DNA of 63,917 nucleotides, the filler included, from Phoronis australis (taxonomy: Eukaryota; Animalia; Phoronida): the NCBI GenBank assembly GCA_002633005.1. It is 6 parts of 6 records of this genome, joined end to end, with 100 filler letters (N's around TTAATTAATTAA, not from the genome) between each part and the next. Parts side by side here need not be neighbours in the genome. Positions count along the whole stretch, not along the records: positions 57,411 to 62,527 come from NMRA01002422.1; positions 62,628 to 63,917 come from NMRA01001925.1; 4 more parts are not named here. The stretch is one strand, 5' to 3'. A program made the translations under genes and the position numbers. The notes beneath the pieces were generated by a model that saw only the letters and a program-made list of their open reading frames with translations, did not search any database and had not been told where the DNA came from. Each line of letters starts with the position of its first letter. Positions within the stretch are counted from its first letter, which is position 1. Shown here one piece after another: positions 61,255 to 63,917 of the stretch.

Positions 61255-62527
61255 AAACAGTCCAAAAAATGAGCTAGACTAGATATTCGAGGTACCAACC
61301 AAAACTGATTTTAAACGAATGATAGTACCGCACTGAACACCGAATGACCCATGACAGACAAATTGCACTCTGGAATGGGTCCGGCAGAAACCAAAAAAGG
61401 ACCCCCCAAAAATGAGCTAGCACATACATTCGAGGTACCACACAAAACCAATTCCACTGATATGATTCAATACATGTCACAGATCACTAAAACCCCTATG
61501 ACAGACAAATTACACTCTGGGTTGTGCCCGGCAGAAAAACCTAAAAATCTCAACCATGGTATGCCATCAAAAACTAATTTGAGCTAGACTAGATTTTCGA
61601 GGTACCGGCCAAAACTATTTTAAACGAACAAGAGTACCGCACTGAACACCAAATGACCCATGACAGACAAATTGCACTCTGGAATGGGTCCGGCAGAAAC
61701 CAAAAAAGGACCCCCCAAAAATGAGCTAGCACATACATTCGAGGTACCACACAAAACCAATTCCATATGATTCAATACATGTCACAGATCAATAAAACCC
61801 CTATGACAGACAAATTACACTCTGGGTTGTGCCCGGCAAAACCCCCCAAAAATCTCAACCATGTAATACCATCAAAAATTTGAGCTAGACTAGATTTTCG
61901 AGGTACCGACCAAAACTGATTTTAAACGAACAATAGTACCGCACTGAACACCAAATGACCCATGACAGACAAATTGCACTCTGGAATGGGTCCGGCAGAA
62001 ACCAAAAAAGGAGCCCCCAAAAATGAGCTACCACATACATTCGAGGTACTACACAAAACCAATTCCATATGATTCAATACATGTCACAGATCACTAAAAT
62101 CCCTATGACAGACAAAATACACTCTGGATTGAGCCCAGCAGAAACCCCCAAAAATCTCAACCACGGTATGCCACCAAAATTTGATCTAGACTAGATTTTC
62201 GAGGTACCGGTCAAAACTGATTTAAAACGAACAATAGTACCGCACTGAACATTGAATGACCCATGACAGACAAACTGCACTCTAGAATGGGTCCAGCAGA
62301 AACCAAAAAAGACCCCCCAAAAATGAGCTAGCACATACATTCGAGATACCACAAAAACAATTACATGAGATTCAATACATGTCACAGATCACTAAATGCC
62401 CTCTGACCGGCAGACAAAATACACTCTGGATTGTCCCTGGCAGAAACCCTAAAAAATCTCAACCACGGTTTGCCATTTTTGAGACGGTTAGATTTTCAAG
62501 GTATCGGCTTAAACTGATTTAAAACCA
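61255..62527. repeat. Tandem satellite, ~300-bp unit (dimer of related ~150-bp halves), at least 4 copies, running into a gap
   Basis: gagctagactagat(a/t)ttcgaggtacc-like starts at ~61271, 61581, 61882, 62183 and ~62480. Each unit has two atgacagacaaa...cactctgg boxes. Confidence 0.93.
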
Positions 62528-62903
62528 NNNNNNNNNNNNNNNNNNNNNNNNNNNNNNNNNNNNNNNNNNNNTTAATTAATTAANNNNNNNNNNNNNNNNN
62601 NNNNNNNNNNNNNNNNNNNNNNNNNNNTTTCTGACTCGCAAAATCCTAGCTAATACCCTGCCTTGCCCCCCCCCCGAACTCAAAGTTCTGGATCCCCCCT
62701 GGAACAAGCATAGTTAGCATGTTTCTTCAGAGGCCTCGTTCATATCCGGAGGGTAAAGGTGCCTCGATAAGTGTGCGGCCTTCTGAGAGGGGAACGTTTC
62801 GCCGAGTAACGGGTCAGTGAAAACTCTAGTGACCTCCCGAACACCATCAATAGCACCCCGTCCTTTTTGCAAGCTCTCACAGCTCTGTCTCAAGTAGCAT
62901 TTT

Positions 62904-63239
62904 CAGTGGCTGATCTAGGATACCATATAGGCCTAGTGTGGGGGGCCGACATCCTCGGAGAAGCGGGCAAAGCGCGATTGTATGCACGCAGGTGGCCCGG
63001 AAGTTGCGGGCGCCGAGAATGTGTACCTTTTGCTCAGGAAATCTGTCGTTGGACTAAAAAAATTAATAAAACCGAACGTGTTTCCGCCCTATAGCTCTGA
63101 GCGTCCGCAGCTACCGGTCCTAGCTCGAACCCAGAACAAATTGCCTCCCGCTTCACGTTTTGCTGGTTTATTTTGCTTGCGGCAGTCAAGGGGGGGCGGG
63201 CCCCTGCCCCCCTAAATCCACCCTCTAAATCCGCCTATG
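62904..63239. mobile_element. MITE, CAGTGGCGGAT family
   Basis: Ends cagtggctgatctagg ... ctaaatccgcctatg, with an internal ggactaaaaaa block shared with other MITEs. No TSD seen. Confidence 0.55.
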
Positions 63240-63917
63240 ATACTGTACTTTTTCAAATTGTCACCTCTGTGGTCACAGGTGATTTGAACCGTGGAGAGAA
63301 ATTTTCAATCACAAAGGGGATTTTTAGGCCTCGTGGCCGGGAATTTCGTGTGATTTTTCAATATTTTTTTAAGGGGAATAGGGCCGATATTTGGCCCCAG
63401 AATTGAGGGATTGACGGCACTGTCCTTTTTGTAAAGAAATGCATCGCGCTTCAACCCATAGTCATGAAAACACAGCCTGGCGGCATTCAGTCCGAGATGC
63501 GACAAATTATGATTTGAAAACAGTAATAAATTTTACACGGACATATATTCCTTCGTCGCGGCGTATGGCAAGGACCCAACGCTTCCGAATCCCAACGTCC
63601 TTAGGGATTGTAAAACAGAGTGTCCGTATTTTTTCTAGCTGTTCGAGCAACTACGCGGAGTACAACTACGCGGATAAGCCACAGAGCTATCGTAGCGAGC
63701 CTCGTTTTGGAACGCGCCTCCTGTCGGCGTGAATAGGGTCTATAACCTCAGTAGGCAATGACCATCGCCTCTGTTGGCCCGAAGCAGAGGCGATGTAGAG
63801 GCTATAGGCGCTCTGTACGCCGGAAGCTTTTGGGCGAATTTTGCCTCGCACCGACTAAACCATCAAAGTCACGTTGTTACAAATACCTTTTGCGCATAGA
63901 GGAACACCTTAGGAGGT

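Overview
Eukaryotic genomic DNA, most likely from an invertebrate animal: spliced GT-AG genes and abundant transposons, with no operon, CRISPR array, rRNA or tRNA visible. The window is not one contiguous molecule. Five 100-nt spacers (44N-TTAATTAATTAA-44N) join six pieces, and three genes break off shortly before such joins. Contents: (1) a tandem cluster of three membrane-anchored AADAC/NCEH1-like carboxylesterase genes (two complete 6-exon genes, one cut after exon 2), with exons 2-3 of gene 2 duplicated across a single N; (2) the N-terminal part of POMT1 (7 exons); (3) a decayed BEL/Pao LTR retrotransposon with both LTRs, an internal deletion and a 1.08-kb insert flanked by a 212-bp duplication; (4) a decayed L1/Tx1-like LINE; (5) a minus-strand UPF0489/C5orf22-like gene with an N-terminal signal anchor; (6) Helentron-type (HINE) elements carrying ~150-bp repeat arrays, hAT-like MITEs with 5- or 6-bp TSDs, a fold-back repeat with a Helitron-like end, and satellites. 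I cannot support a wholly new biological system here. The best leads are the membrane-anchored UPF0489 paralogue, the AADAC expansion and exon-pair duplication, and the mobile-element architecture. All calls were made by eye, without database searches.
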